A DNA stretch of 62,378 nt, the filler included, from Globobulimina sp. (taxonomy: Eukaryota), in NCBI GenBank assembly GCA_003354225.1. It is 20 parts of 20 records of this genome, joined end to end, with 100 filler letters (N's around TTAATTAATTAA, not from the genome) between each part and the next. Parts side by side here need not be neighbours in the genome. Positions count along the whole stretch, not along the records: positions 1 to 3,028 come from PIVH01003969.1; positions 3,129 to 6,155 come from PIVH01003970.1; positions 6,256 to 9,282 come from PIVH01003971.1; positions 9,383 to 12,409 come from PIVH01003972.1; 16 more parts are not named here. One strand, written 5' to 3'. The notes beneath the pieces are model-generated. The model was not told where the DNA came from. It did not search any database and was given only the letters and a program-made list of their open reading frames with translations. Of the stretch, positions 1 through 9,993 are shown in pieces. The translations under genes were made by a program, and so were the position numbers. The number at the start of each line of letters is the position of its first letter. Position 1 is the stretch's first letter.

Positions 1-786
1 GCTGTAATCGTCATAGTATTATGGGGTTCTGAATTAAAACCACGCATTTACAAAAGCAGAAAAGTACTGGAATGAAAAAGACGGGGGAAGTTGATGTCTT
101 AGCTGTTGGCGTGTCCAGAGGCTGATTATGGCAACCGACGATGAAAAGAATGCTGAATAACAAAAGGTTTTTTCGCATCATTTAATATCCGTCAATTTGT
201 GATTCAAAATGAGAAAAAATGTCAATATACTATACATTATTCGACATTGAATACGTATGATACGAGCGAGCATATCGAACATAAGGAATTTACGAATTGT
301 ATCCAGGAAATTGATATGATCAAAAGGATGACGCGCATTGCCGTTACCAATAAGACGGAGCAGTTTTGGCCGTCTGTGTCCTTAATGACGGAGAAAATAT
401 TGGATGCCTGCCGGAGATCTATAAATAAGGACGGCGCGCTCGTCGAGTTTGTGAGAGGGCAGCTATGGTTTGAGATGTCCACAAAGGAGAATAATCGAAA
501 ATATTCTATGGTTGGGTCGAATCAATATATTTTACCTGCAACTGCTGACACTAATTGATTAATATTATATTGTTTTGCATGTGCTTTTCTGTTCTTTTTT
601 GTTGTTTGGTTTCTTTTTGCGTTGGTTTTGTTTCAACAGGTTTTTCGCAAATCTTTCTAGTAAATTTTAATAGTAAATCTCATTTTCGATGTTGCTGAAA
701 TGGCAAATCTGATGTTATGAGCTAGGAAATAATATAACATGTGTATGCAATAAACTTTATTATGAGTTGGGAAATGACATATAAAC

Positions 787-1515
787 ATGAATACTGTCGC
801 AACGCCTCCGCCTGCGCCAACGCCATTATCTCCACCAACTCAAAATGATATCGATGTTGAGCTATCTCCCGCAGATCCTTACACTATACCAGATACTCCG
901 TATATTTCTGCGCATAGCAACCGAGCTACTGACGGAAATGTGTCAGCATATGATCCAACTAATCCAAACGCGTTTGATTCTGAGTATATTGTTCGTGATC
1001 TGTCACAAACGAACGCTAATACCAACAAACCACCAACTAACACTGGCAAAGCAAAGCAGATTACACAGCTACAGGAAAATAATAATATATCCAGCAAACT
1101 CAAGTCTATATTTTCAAGCAGATGCATTCTTATTAGCATTGTCATCATCATTATCATTGTCACTGTGATCATTATCAGTATTTCAGTGTATCCCAAACGG
1201 TCTCAACAACACAGTTTTGCAGAAGAAATGGACGAAATAGCAAAGTTGAAAGAGGAACTAGTTAAACTGGAGCGGAAAACTAGCACTCAAGACAAAGACA
1301 AAAATAATAAGCAAATGCTCCCATCACAGCAATACAAAACTTCTCAACCAACCAAGGCAAAACAAAATAACACAAAACGGAGATTAGTGCCTGATATACA
1401 CGCAAACCAGTCATCATCTTTGAGCACACAAGTGCAGACAACACTGTTTACAGCGATTGTTATATTTACAATTGTGTTCGGAATGTTCACTTCTTTTTTA
1501 ATCTTACATTTATAA
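787..1515 (+). CDS. Hypothetical membrane protein (Pro-rich N-terminus, TM, coiled coil, C-terminal TM)
   Basis: 242-aa ATG-TAA ORF with two hydrophobic stretches (ILISIVIIIIIVTVIIISISV; LFTAIVIFTIVFGMF). Confidence 0.7.
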   Translation: MNTVATPPPAPTPLSPPTQNDIDVELSPADPYTIPDTPYISAHSNRATDGNVSAYDPTNPNAFDSEYIVRDLSQTNANTNKPPTNTGKAKQITQLQENNNISSKLKSIFSSRCILISIVIIIIIVTVIIISISVYPKRSQQHSFAEEMDEIAKLKEELVKLERKTSTQDKDKNNKQMLPSQQYKTSQPTKAKQNNTKRRLVPDIHANQSSSLSTQVQTTLFTAIVIFTIVFGMFTSFLILHL

Positions 1516-1694
1516 CATACAAATATACACTCTCTGATTTTTGAAAATTACTTTACATAATTTCTTCTTCATAATTTTCAATTGTTGCATATTTAGCAAA
1601 TTATCATCATAATGCTATTTATAGCTCTTTAATTAGTGTTTTAACAACTTTCTCGATCGTCTTTCTGCCAAAAACATTCCATTTCAAACCAAAG

Positions 1695-2929
1695 ATGACT
1701 GCAATGATGGTCGATATTGATATGCCACCGCAACCAATGCCAAATGATGAACATATGACAAACGAATCGCACGTGTTTCATCCAGGAAGTAATATTAATA
1801 CTGGTTCACAACTAATAACCGCCCCACATTCAGAGTTTTCCGCGATGCAATACCAAGCATTAAAACATCAGCAGTCAATGGTTCCAGTTCATCCATTTTC
1901 ACCCCAACCATTTCAAGAAAGACAGCCATCCATAACCCAATTGCAATCAGTATTTGTAATCGATTCGAAAGGAACAGAACAACAAGAAATTGAGGTACCG
2001 GTTCCAAACGTAATTCCACCGCAAATGTCCAATGCAACGCCAATTATTCCCGAAAACGAACAAGATATCTTGCGAGATATAGAAATGGATTCTATGTTAT
2101 AAGGAAATGAGAATGAAGCCGCGCCAAAGATGGTTGATGAAAATCCGAAAGAAGATTTAACCATAAAAATCAAACGAGAATCAAATCTATTCGATGCTCA
2201 GATAATTCACACAGAAGTTGTGCATCCACGGAGAAGTACAGCGGAAGAAAGAGCATCGGTTTTACTTTCCAGAGCATTCGGGCCAACATCGCCAGAACTA
2301 AGTAGAATGTCGTTCGAATTTGCCAACAGAATGTCAATGGATGCCTTTGGTAGCGGATTTTCCAGGTTGAGTCAGAATTTATTTACCCCGCTTCCTAATG
2401 ATTTCAGAGTGTCAGGTAATAATTTCAGAATGTCCCATAATTTTGCTCCAGTACCACTTGGTCAGTACGATACAATCACTGGTAATCCAATTGATCCACA
2501 ACCAAAACCGTTAAGTTATTTGACCGCTATTTTGCTATATAATAATGTGAATGTTGTTAATTGCACAGCTATCCCATGCATCCATACAGTAGCTATAATT
2601 GGAGACCTCAAAGCAGAGCTAGTGGAAGAGCCCGCTTTTCCAGTGGTTTGATACCAAAAAGAAGGATGCCATTTGCAAAAAGCAGGGGAGCCATGTTTGA
2701 AAATCGTAGTGTGAGTGTAAATGTGATTGAAAAGCATCATAAGTATGTCAACAAGCTTAGAGCATGTGCTCGTTGTCACAAAGCCAAAAAGAAATGCATG
2801 AGATCTCCAGCTGGTGGTGCTTGTATTGGTTGTGTCAAAAAAGGTGTCACTTGCCATGAACGTCTGGATAGACGCACACACAACAAAGGCAGAAAGAAAG
2901 TAACTACGCAACCAATTATAAATGTATAA
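1695..2929 (+). CDS. Zn(II)2Cys6 (GAL4-type) transcription factor; intron 2510-2568; in-frame TAA at 2100-2102
   Basis: CARCHKAKKKCMRSPAGGACIGCVKKGVTC fits C-x2-C-x6-C-x8-C-x2-C-x6-C (2765-2854); GTTAAG..CAG intron joins the frames (PKP/YPMHP); ORFs starting at 1695 and 2130 share a frame. Confidence 0.85.
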
Positions 2930-3028
2930 GGCAAAAGTAATTATTTATGTGAATTGTTTAATAATTATGCCAACTTTGTATTATATAAACTAAATTTCAT
3001 TTCACACAAAAAAATAATATTAAAATGC

Positions 3029-3128
3029 NNNNNNNNNNNNNNNNNNNNNNNNNNNNNNNNNNNNNNNNNNNNTTAATTAATTAANNNNNNNNNNNNNNNN
3101 NNNNNNNNNNNNNNNNNNNNNNNNNNNN
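3029..3128. other. Artificial contig linker (44 N + TTAATTAATTAA + 44 N); first of 19 identical linkers separating 20 contigs starting at 1, 3129, 6256, 9383, 12510, 15636, 18762, 21887, 25012, 28137, 31262, 34385, 37507, 40629, 43751, 46873, 49995, 53116, 56237, 59358
   Basis: Identical six-frame-stop spacer; contig lengths are non-increasing from 3028 to 3021 bp. Confidence 0.99.
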
Positions 3129-3361
3129 TGTAATTTTGGGCGAAATATTTCTTGTTGTTTAGCTAATTCAAAATAAATTGTGGCTGCTTTGTCAGCTAAA
3201 CTTAAGAAATCTGGTGCAAGCGACTTATATGCTGCTGATGGTAAAATACGTTGTAACAGTGATTGTAATATGGCATCATCTTCAAATTGATTCAAAAGTT
3301 TTGGAGTTGGGATCAATACACCTTCTCCTGCTTTTTCATATGGGGTTTTCGGTGTGATCAT
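3129..3361 (-). CDS. Acyl-CoA dehydrogenase (AidB-like family), N-terminal fragment cut by contig end
   Basis: PKLLNQFEDDAILQSLLQRILP...PKL resembles the N-terminus of AidB-like ACADs. Confidence 0.6.
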
Positions 3362-3438
3362 GGTTTATGCTTTAAAAACTTTTTGATGATCTCACTTTAG
3401 AATTTAAACGACAAATATGTTTATGAGGCATCACATGT

Positions 3439-4281
3439 TTATTGATAAGTATTAGTAATAGCAAATATATTTGGAATAAATGCATACGTTTTTAGTTTAT
3501 ATTGCTTCCATTGTTGATATCTTGACAAAGATTTTTCTTTATTGCGGTAATTATTAAGTAAAACAGGAAACATAATCGAAGAAATTGATAAAGCAGAAAT
3601 CCAATGTCCAGTCACTAAAACAAAAGAGAAATAAATGAGAAACTCACCCATATAATTTGGATGTCGACAGAGTTTGAAGAAACCATTTTCAATTAATTTA
3701 TTATTATTATATTTTAATTGATAATATTTTTGACAATCAGCACCAAAATGAAAAAATACACCAATTCCCCAAATAAATATACTCAGAAACATTTCTTTTG
3801 GTGATATTTTTTTATGTTTTCCTAAATTTAGGCATGATACAATTGGTGGAATTAATCCATAAAACGTTTCTAAACCAATGAAAGTATAAACTGTATATAA
3901 GAGGCTATGTTCTGCTTTTTGAAATATTTTATCCCCAAACAAGTAATCTTTTAAGCACCACAATACTCCATATGTTCCATGAAGGGATAAATATAAATAA
4001 TTCCTTTCATTTACAGCTTCCAACCTATTCATTAAATAATATATAATGGGCAAACGCAAAATTTTATGAATATTAATTGCATTTCTTAATTGATATCTAT
4101 TTTCCACATAATTAGAACCCATTTTATTTTTTCTGTTTTCAATATTTTTGTTATGATAATGTAATATTAACGATGCAACACCAGTTGTTATAGCAAAGCA
4201 AGGCATTGCATATTTGAATACAGTGAGATCTGTTGTTTCTTTTACATTTACACTTTGCTCTTGTAACCATTTGAACAGCAT
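3439..4281 (-). CDS. DUF1295 / steroid 5-alpha-reductase-ICMT superfamily membrane protein
   Basis: ADCQK...LIENGFFKLCRHPNYMGE motif, multiple TM helices. Confidence 0.85.
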   Translation of the reverse strand: MLFKWLQEQSVNVKETTDLTVFKYAMPCFAITTGVASLILHYHNKNIENRKNKMGSNYVENRYQLRNAINIHKILRLPIIYYLMNRLEAVNERNYLYLSLHGTYGVLWCLKDYLFGDKIFQKAEHSLLYTVYTFIGLETFYGLIPPIVSCLNLGKHKKISPKEMFLSIFIWGIGVFFHFGADCQKYYQLKYNNNKLIENGFFKLCRHPNYMGEFLIYFSFVLVTGHWISALSISSIMFPVLLNNYRNKEKSLSRYQQWKQYKLKTYAFIPNIFAITNTYQ

Positions 4282-4524
4282 TGCGAAGCTACAGCAACTT
4301 TCTGTGACTTAAAAAGTGTGTCCGATGATAATTTTCAAAAGTGCTAAAAAAAGAGTGCAAAAAACTTAGTTCCAAACATCAAGTTCTCAAATTGCTTTAT
4401 AATATTATCTTTTCATATATTGCAGCTGCAAAAATTCCAAATATTGCTCAAATTATAATTCGGTGAATTATGTAATTAAAATTGTAAACAACCAACTTAA
4501 ATCAACAAATAACTAACATACAAA

Positions 4525-5776
4525 ATGCAATTAATGGACAATGCAACAATGCCATGCATGCAAATGATGAAAACGCACATAAACAATGGAACAAATGGAT
4601 CAATGCCATGCATGCCAAAGATGGAAATGATGGAAATTCAATATCCGTGGGAATTATACGTTGTGTATTCAGCATTCAGTTTATTTAATGGTATATTTTT
4701 TTTGCTCATTTTGCTGAAAATATTGACTTTACCAAAGAAATACAAAGACTCTATAATGCAAAATAAATTCGCATTGTCAGTATTTATATGTATTATCATA
4801 TTTTCAATTCAGCAGACATTTTTCATGTCAGATATATTTGGAACGGTTGATTATGACTCATATGACAGTTGTAAGTGGGCAGCAAAGATAAGTCATCTAG
4901 TTTTTGCATTTCACATGCTTTCACGTTTGATGGTTTTTGTTCGAATGTTGGAAATAGCATTCCAGCCATTTCCGCTATTGGCGTATTCTAAATCATTAAT
5001 CGTTGTAATTAAAGTATTCATAGTCTCTTGGTTCTCAATATGTAATTTTATTTGCGTTGTTATCCTCAATGGAGGCATTGTAGTGCCATTTAAAGACGAC
5101 CCAACAAAACACATTTGTACATTTGCCGATCCTCATTCTGATGCGTTAAAACCTATCATGATTTTATCTGGAACCGGATGGTGCATTCTGCAGATATTAG
5201 TATTGAGTCTATTTGTTAATAAAACATTGGCATTGTATAACTTTACAAAAGAGCACATTAAAAAACATAAAGACCACGCATCGTTGGTCAAACACCGTAT
5301 TAATTGGTTTAATAACTATATCGCAGCTATTTTTACTTAACTTGAAATTTATTGTTGATCCAAAAGGAATGCCATTATTTCCTTTGCTGGTTTTCATTGT
5401 TGGTATATCTGTAGTTATGCTGTTCCCATTTGGCGATGGATGCTTTAGAGTATGTTGTAAATGCGTATACAAACCAATTCTAGATCATTTGGTCAAAACC
5501 TATACAAACCAATTTGACATATCTCGAAGAAAACCTATTAAACATTCAGTAAGTGTACAAGCAAAAGCAACCACAGTTGAACCAATCCAACAGCATCAAG
5601 TAAGTGTACAATCAATCACAATGTTCAATGAATCATCACAATTCAATCTATCAATCACTGAGAAACCATCACAATTACTGGAATTAACAGAATTACCAGA
5701 ATTACCTGATTCGAATTCAGATTATAATTCAATGCACGTAGATCGTAATGACTCACAGAGCACAAATATGATCTGA
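4525..5776 (+). pseudogene. Multi-pass (7TM-like) membrane protein with a frameshift near 5293-5296
   Basis: Hydrophobic helices continue from ORF 4525-5340 into ORF 5213-5776; restoring AC in AAACACCGTA gives SLVKHTVLIGL; no intron signal. Confidence 0.65.
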
Positions 5777-6255
5777 AGACAGTTACTGTATGATAGATAA
5801 TTATGTACTGTATATATAATGTTTTCTTATGTTCCGATAATTTTTCGATGATATATTTTTTCTTATGTGGGATCTTGAATTGACAATAATTTTTCGATGA
5901 TATCATACCATTGAAAAGTAAATACTGTGGAGTTTGATCGAAAACATTGATAATTTATAAAGATTTTAAAACAAAAACATTCAAAAATTAATTGGTAGAC
6001 AAAGAACCTGTTGTACTTTTTGCCAAAATCTGTAACAACCATTATTTGTCGATTATTGTCATCAAATCTGACATTATCGTCAGTTACAACATCTTGGCCA
6101 TGTAATTGGATACAGTTTGCATTTCCCTTCTTTTTCAAACACTTTTTTCATCGCTNNNNNNNNNNNNNNNNNNNNNNNNNNNNNNNNNNNNNNNNNNNNT
6201 TAATTAATTAANNNNNNNNNNNNNNNNNNNNNNNNNNNNNNNNNNNNNNNNNNNN

Positions 6256-6473
6256 TTTGTGTTATTTAAGCTTTCATAATATTTTAATGCTTTCGTCACT
6301 CTTTGAACCGCTTTGCATTCATTCACTGCGCAGTTATCGCTGTCATTTATTTCGTCGTTTAAAAAGAAATTAAAATCAATGCTTGGTTTGCTTGCGGTTG
6401 TATTAGTAGTGATGTTGTCTTTTGATGGTTTGGCGGTATTGTCGTTTGTGTGTCGTTGATGGTAATTCCCCAT
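6256..6473 (-). CDS. Hypothetical protein, N-terminal fragment cut by contig end
   Basis: Open frame MGNYH...CAVNECKAVQRVTKALKYY runs to the contig edge. Confidence 0.5.
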
Positions 6474-6713
6474 CACAAATTAATTCGTGGTCGAACGAAA
6501 GCAGTTCACATAAAAACCGAAGGTAATGTGGGAAAAATGTGAAGTTAGTTAGGACTTTAAAAACAATTTTGGTTTGCACAATTCTTATTTAATGAAACAA
6601 CTGCATTTATCACAGAAGTTTTAGGTTTCATGTTTTTTATGTTTAGAGAATTAGAGGTTTGTAGGTTTGACCAATATTTTCAATACAGATCAGCAGTTGT
6701 CAGAGTGATTTCA

Positions 6714-6784
6714 AAATGACCGTCATTTTTGTACATATCAAAATGACCGTCATTCAACGATTTTTTTCGTTAAATGACCGTCAT
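6714..6784. repeat. Three copies of the palindromic motif AAATGACCGTCAT in a divergent intergenic region
   Basis: Copies at 6714-6726, 6741-6753, 6772-6784; core ATGAC-C-GTCAT is a dyad. Confidence 0.9.
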
Positions 6785-7159
6785 CCATGTTTCTTATTGA
6801 ATCAAATTAAATCATTTTAAATCATTATTAAATCATTTTAATTTTTAAATCAATATTAAATTATTTTAAATTATTATCGTTCAGTTGTCTAATCGTTCAG
6901 TTGTCAGCCAGCAATTCATTTCTGTACAGGCGCAAAGTTCTAAAAATCCTGGAATTCCTAAAAAACGACAATGGTTATGAAAAGAAACTGAGCGACAATG
7001 ATATTGACAATTGGTATAAATATCCTTTGATAAGAATAACATCATTGAAAATGAAATAAAAATGCAATATATTTGAAACTCAAAAAAAACTCTTAGCATG
7101 TCCTCACTTCCAACAGTTTCACTGCTTCAAACAAGGTTATTCATTCTAATATTAGTTAC

Positions 7160-8697
7160 ATGAGAAGAGTCCAGGCAAACACTGAACATATACCGACAGA
7201 CATAACATTTGTTATTGTCAAACATATTGCATTTGATACTTTGCTCCAATGGCAACTTCATTTCATTAACACAATGATAAAATTGCAACAATATAAAACA
7301 GCACACCGAGCATTGGCAGGTGTTCGGCAAACTATTTTATTGCATGGCTGTCCTTATCAGAGACTCCTACCAATCACAAAGAATGAAGATACATTACGTG
7401 GCAAGTTATGGAAAGTGTTGATAGGTTTAGGTTGTATGGATTCGAATAAATATCAACAGCATATTCAAAAAGGTGAAGAAAATAAGTCTTACGTGAAAAT
7501 ACGCGGAGACACAAGAAGAACATTTCGGACATCAAACGCATATAATTCGCGAGTATCGGAAAGCAGCGTTGTTCGTGTTTTAAACTCATATGTTCATGAA
7601 ACTGGAAAGCCATACATGTCTGCTCAGGATTCAATAGTTGGAGTGTATGCTAATTAATATTATCTGTTCTATAATCCATATACAAATATCTTATCTTCTT
7701 TTGTTACTTACTCAGATTATTATATGTTATGCCCGAGTTAGATGCTTATGAATCATACATGTTATTGATGCACAACTATTTTCCAACATATTTTTACTTT
7801 TGTAATTGTCAATCGATTATTCACAGCCATCAATTAATTGGCTGCTATGCTGCATCGTACTTAGCATGGGATGTATTGCGAGTATCTGATGATACATTAT
7901 TCAAACATTTAAAACCTTTGCCGCCAATGACGTATTTGTTTCCTTTGATAGCATCGCTTCAAACAATATGTAAGCCCTTTGCTGAAATTCCAAAATTATG
8001 GGATTTTCTATTTTCTTTTGGCTTTCATTTGAGTCCAGTTATGGCTGCGGCGCATATTATAGTTCATAAAAAAGAGATTTTGTTGGAAACGGCACCAACA
8101 TTGTTACAAAACTTATTCTCTCAAAGAAAATGGATGAATGGCGCTACAAAATCAAAAGCTGTGATCGATTGCAGCATGGAATTGATTATAATTTTAAAAC
8201 AATCCGAAAATAGTAAATTATGGAATAATATTTTGCATCATTGTACTGATTTAAATGTTGCAGTTTCAATTAAAAATCAACATAAACAGGGCCCAAAACT
8301 ACAGCTGATCTCGAACTGCAATGAAAATCTAGATCTGTCAGTAAATGAGTCTGAAAATATAAATATTGATTGTGATGAAGATGTGTCTGATACTGATACT
8401 GATACAGAGTCAGAAGATGATGAAGAATCCAGTTCAAGTTGGACATCTGATGATATTTTGGATGTGGAAAATGAAAATGAAGTAACGTCATATGCCAAAA
8501 CAAGGAGTCGATATCGATTGCAAAACCTAAATGAATTTGAATTGAAAGAAGAAGAAATTGAAATGTTTAATCTATGCCAACAAACACATAATCAAACTAT
8601 AAGTGAATATCATGCTGGATTTAAATTTGTTGATATGCATTGTATGAATGATGAAATTATCAAACATTGGAACAGCAACTTGCAAAATACAGATTGA
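7160..8697 (+). CDS. TBC-domain (Rab-GAP; Bub2/Cdc16-like) protein with acidic tail; intron 7645-7715
   Basis: LRGKLWKVLIG, KIRGDTRRTF (IxxDxxR), RVLNSYV, KLWDFLF; GTATG..CAG intron restores IVGVLLYVMP. Confidence 0.8.
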
Positions 8698-8790
8698 TAA
8701 ATAGACACAACAGGCACCTATGAACAACAATTATTTTTCTTTTATCTGTGTAAACCATTCGGGTGTTTTGCTTTCAAAAAAATAAAAATT

Positions 8791-8864
8791 TACCCACTGC
8801 GAGACTCGAACTCGCGACCCTCTGCGTGTGGAGCAGATGTCATAACCAACTAGACCAAGTGGGC
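8791..8864 (-). tRNA. trnV-CAC: tRNA-Val(CAC), with C at position 33
   Basis: GCCCACT/AGTGGGT acceptor stem, GTC..GAC D arm, TCTGC-TCCACAC-GCAGA anticodon arm, GCGAG-TTCGAGT-CTCGC T arm, downstream T-runs (Pol III terminator). Confidence 0.95.
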
Positions 8865-9148
8865 AATTTCCTTCTTTATTTATTCATTTTATCACATTCA
8901 TCATCAAAATTGTACTTATGATGGGTGAATGTAACAATTTTTGTTTTGTGGGAGAAACGAGTCAATTCAAAACAAAATATGTGTTACTTCCGTACCATTT
9001 GACATTCTTGATATAATTCACAGCATATTAACCCAGAAACAGAAACAATATTAAGTGTCATTGATTTAATGTTTTTAGAAAAGAAGAAAAAAGAGTGAAG
9101 CAGGCTCAGTAGTCATCCTCGCGATCGCGTTGCTGAAGCCGAACCAAC

Positions 9149-9282
9149 ATGAAACTCACAACGTTATTTTTTTTAGTGATGAGCTGTTTAATTTTAGCTT
9201 GGCAGCCCGCTGATATTCGTTTAGCAGGCACAGGCTCGACGGCATTCGAAGGCAGAATTGAAGTGTATGCCGGTGGAGAATG
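9149..9282 (+). CDS. Secreted SRCR-domain protein, N-terminal fragment
   Basis: Signal peptide followed by DIRLAGTGSTAFEGRIEVYAGGE, the SRCR opening motif (RLxxG...EGRVEV). Confidence 0.8.
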
Positions 9283-9388
9283 NNNNNNNNNNNNNNNNNN
9301 NNNNNNNNNNNNNNNNNNNNNNNNNNTTAATTAATTAANNNNNNNNNNNNNNNNNNNNNNNNNNNNNNNNNNNNNNNNNNNNCAATTA

Positions 9389-9600
9389 GGAAGGAAAATA
9401 GGTTAATAATAAAATGTTAATGGTTCCCGATGAAACACAACCTTTAACAATTCAATTTTGACTTTCAATGTTTTTATTTTGAATAATCTGTAAAAAACTG
9501 TTAATTCAAAGAGTTTACAGTAAAAAACAGTAATTTCAAACTGAAAAGCAAAAAGTTAAAAGTTACCTTTAACATTTTATTATTAACCTATTTTCCTTCC
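9389..9600. mobile_element. MITE, 212 bp, GG-starting TIRs, probable 8-bp TSD
   Basis: 32-bp perfect inverted repeat GGAAGGAAAATAGGTTAATAATAAAATGTTAA (9389-9420 / 9569-9600); right flank ATCAATTA, left flank CAATTA at the contig edge. Confidence 0.85.
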
Positions 9601-9993
9601 ATCAATTACTGGATTGTTTCCTTATCTTTTTGGTATTGTGGTACCTTGTCGAACTGACTGGAAAAATAAGAGCTGTTTGACAAGTTTTTGAAAAAATCAG
9701 TACTTATCGGAAACCCCTAATAATATGAATTTTTTTGTAAAAAGATAAAACAAAAAAATAAGTTTTGAAAAATAACAAAGAAGCACATTTTGAAAAATAA
9801 CAAAGAACAAAGAAAATTAACAAAAAAATATAACAAAGTGTAGCCAGTTCTCGGCAAATCAGTCTCCTGTAGTTGCTCTTGTGCAACTCCGTAGTTGTTC
9901 CCTCTGTAATGCTCGATCATGCATTCTCAAAATACAAAACTATTAAACATACAAAAAAATAAAGTTATCTTTGTAATTCAGAGTGAACCAATT

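Noticed and set aside
199-558. 119-aa ORF at the window start
   Set aside because: No recognisable motif and stops upstream in frame; cannot support a product call
6714-6784. CRISPR-like mini-array
   Set aside because: 13-nt repeats with 14- and 18-nt spacers are too short; eukaryotic context, no cas genes
9763-9807. 20-nt direct repeat TTTTGAAAAATAACAAAGAA
   Set aside because: A-rich low-complexity 3' region; ordinary slippage duplication
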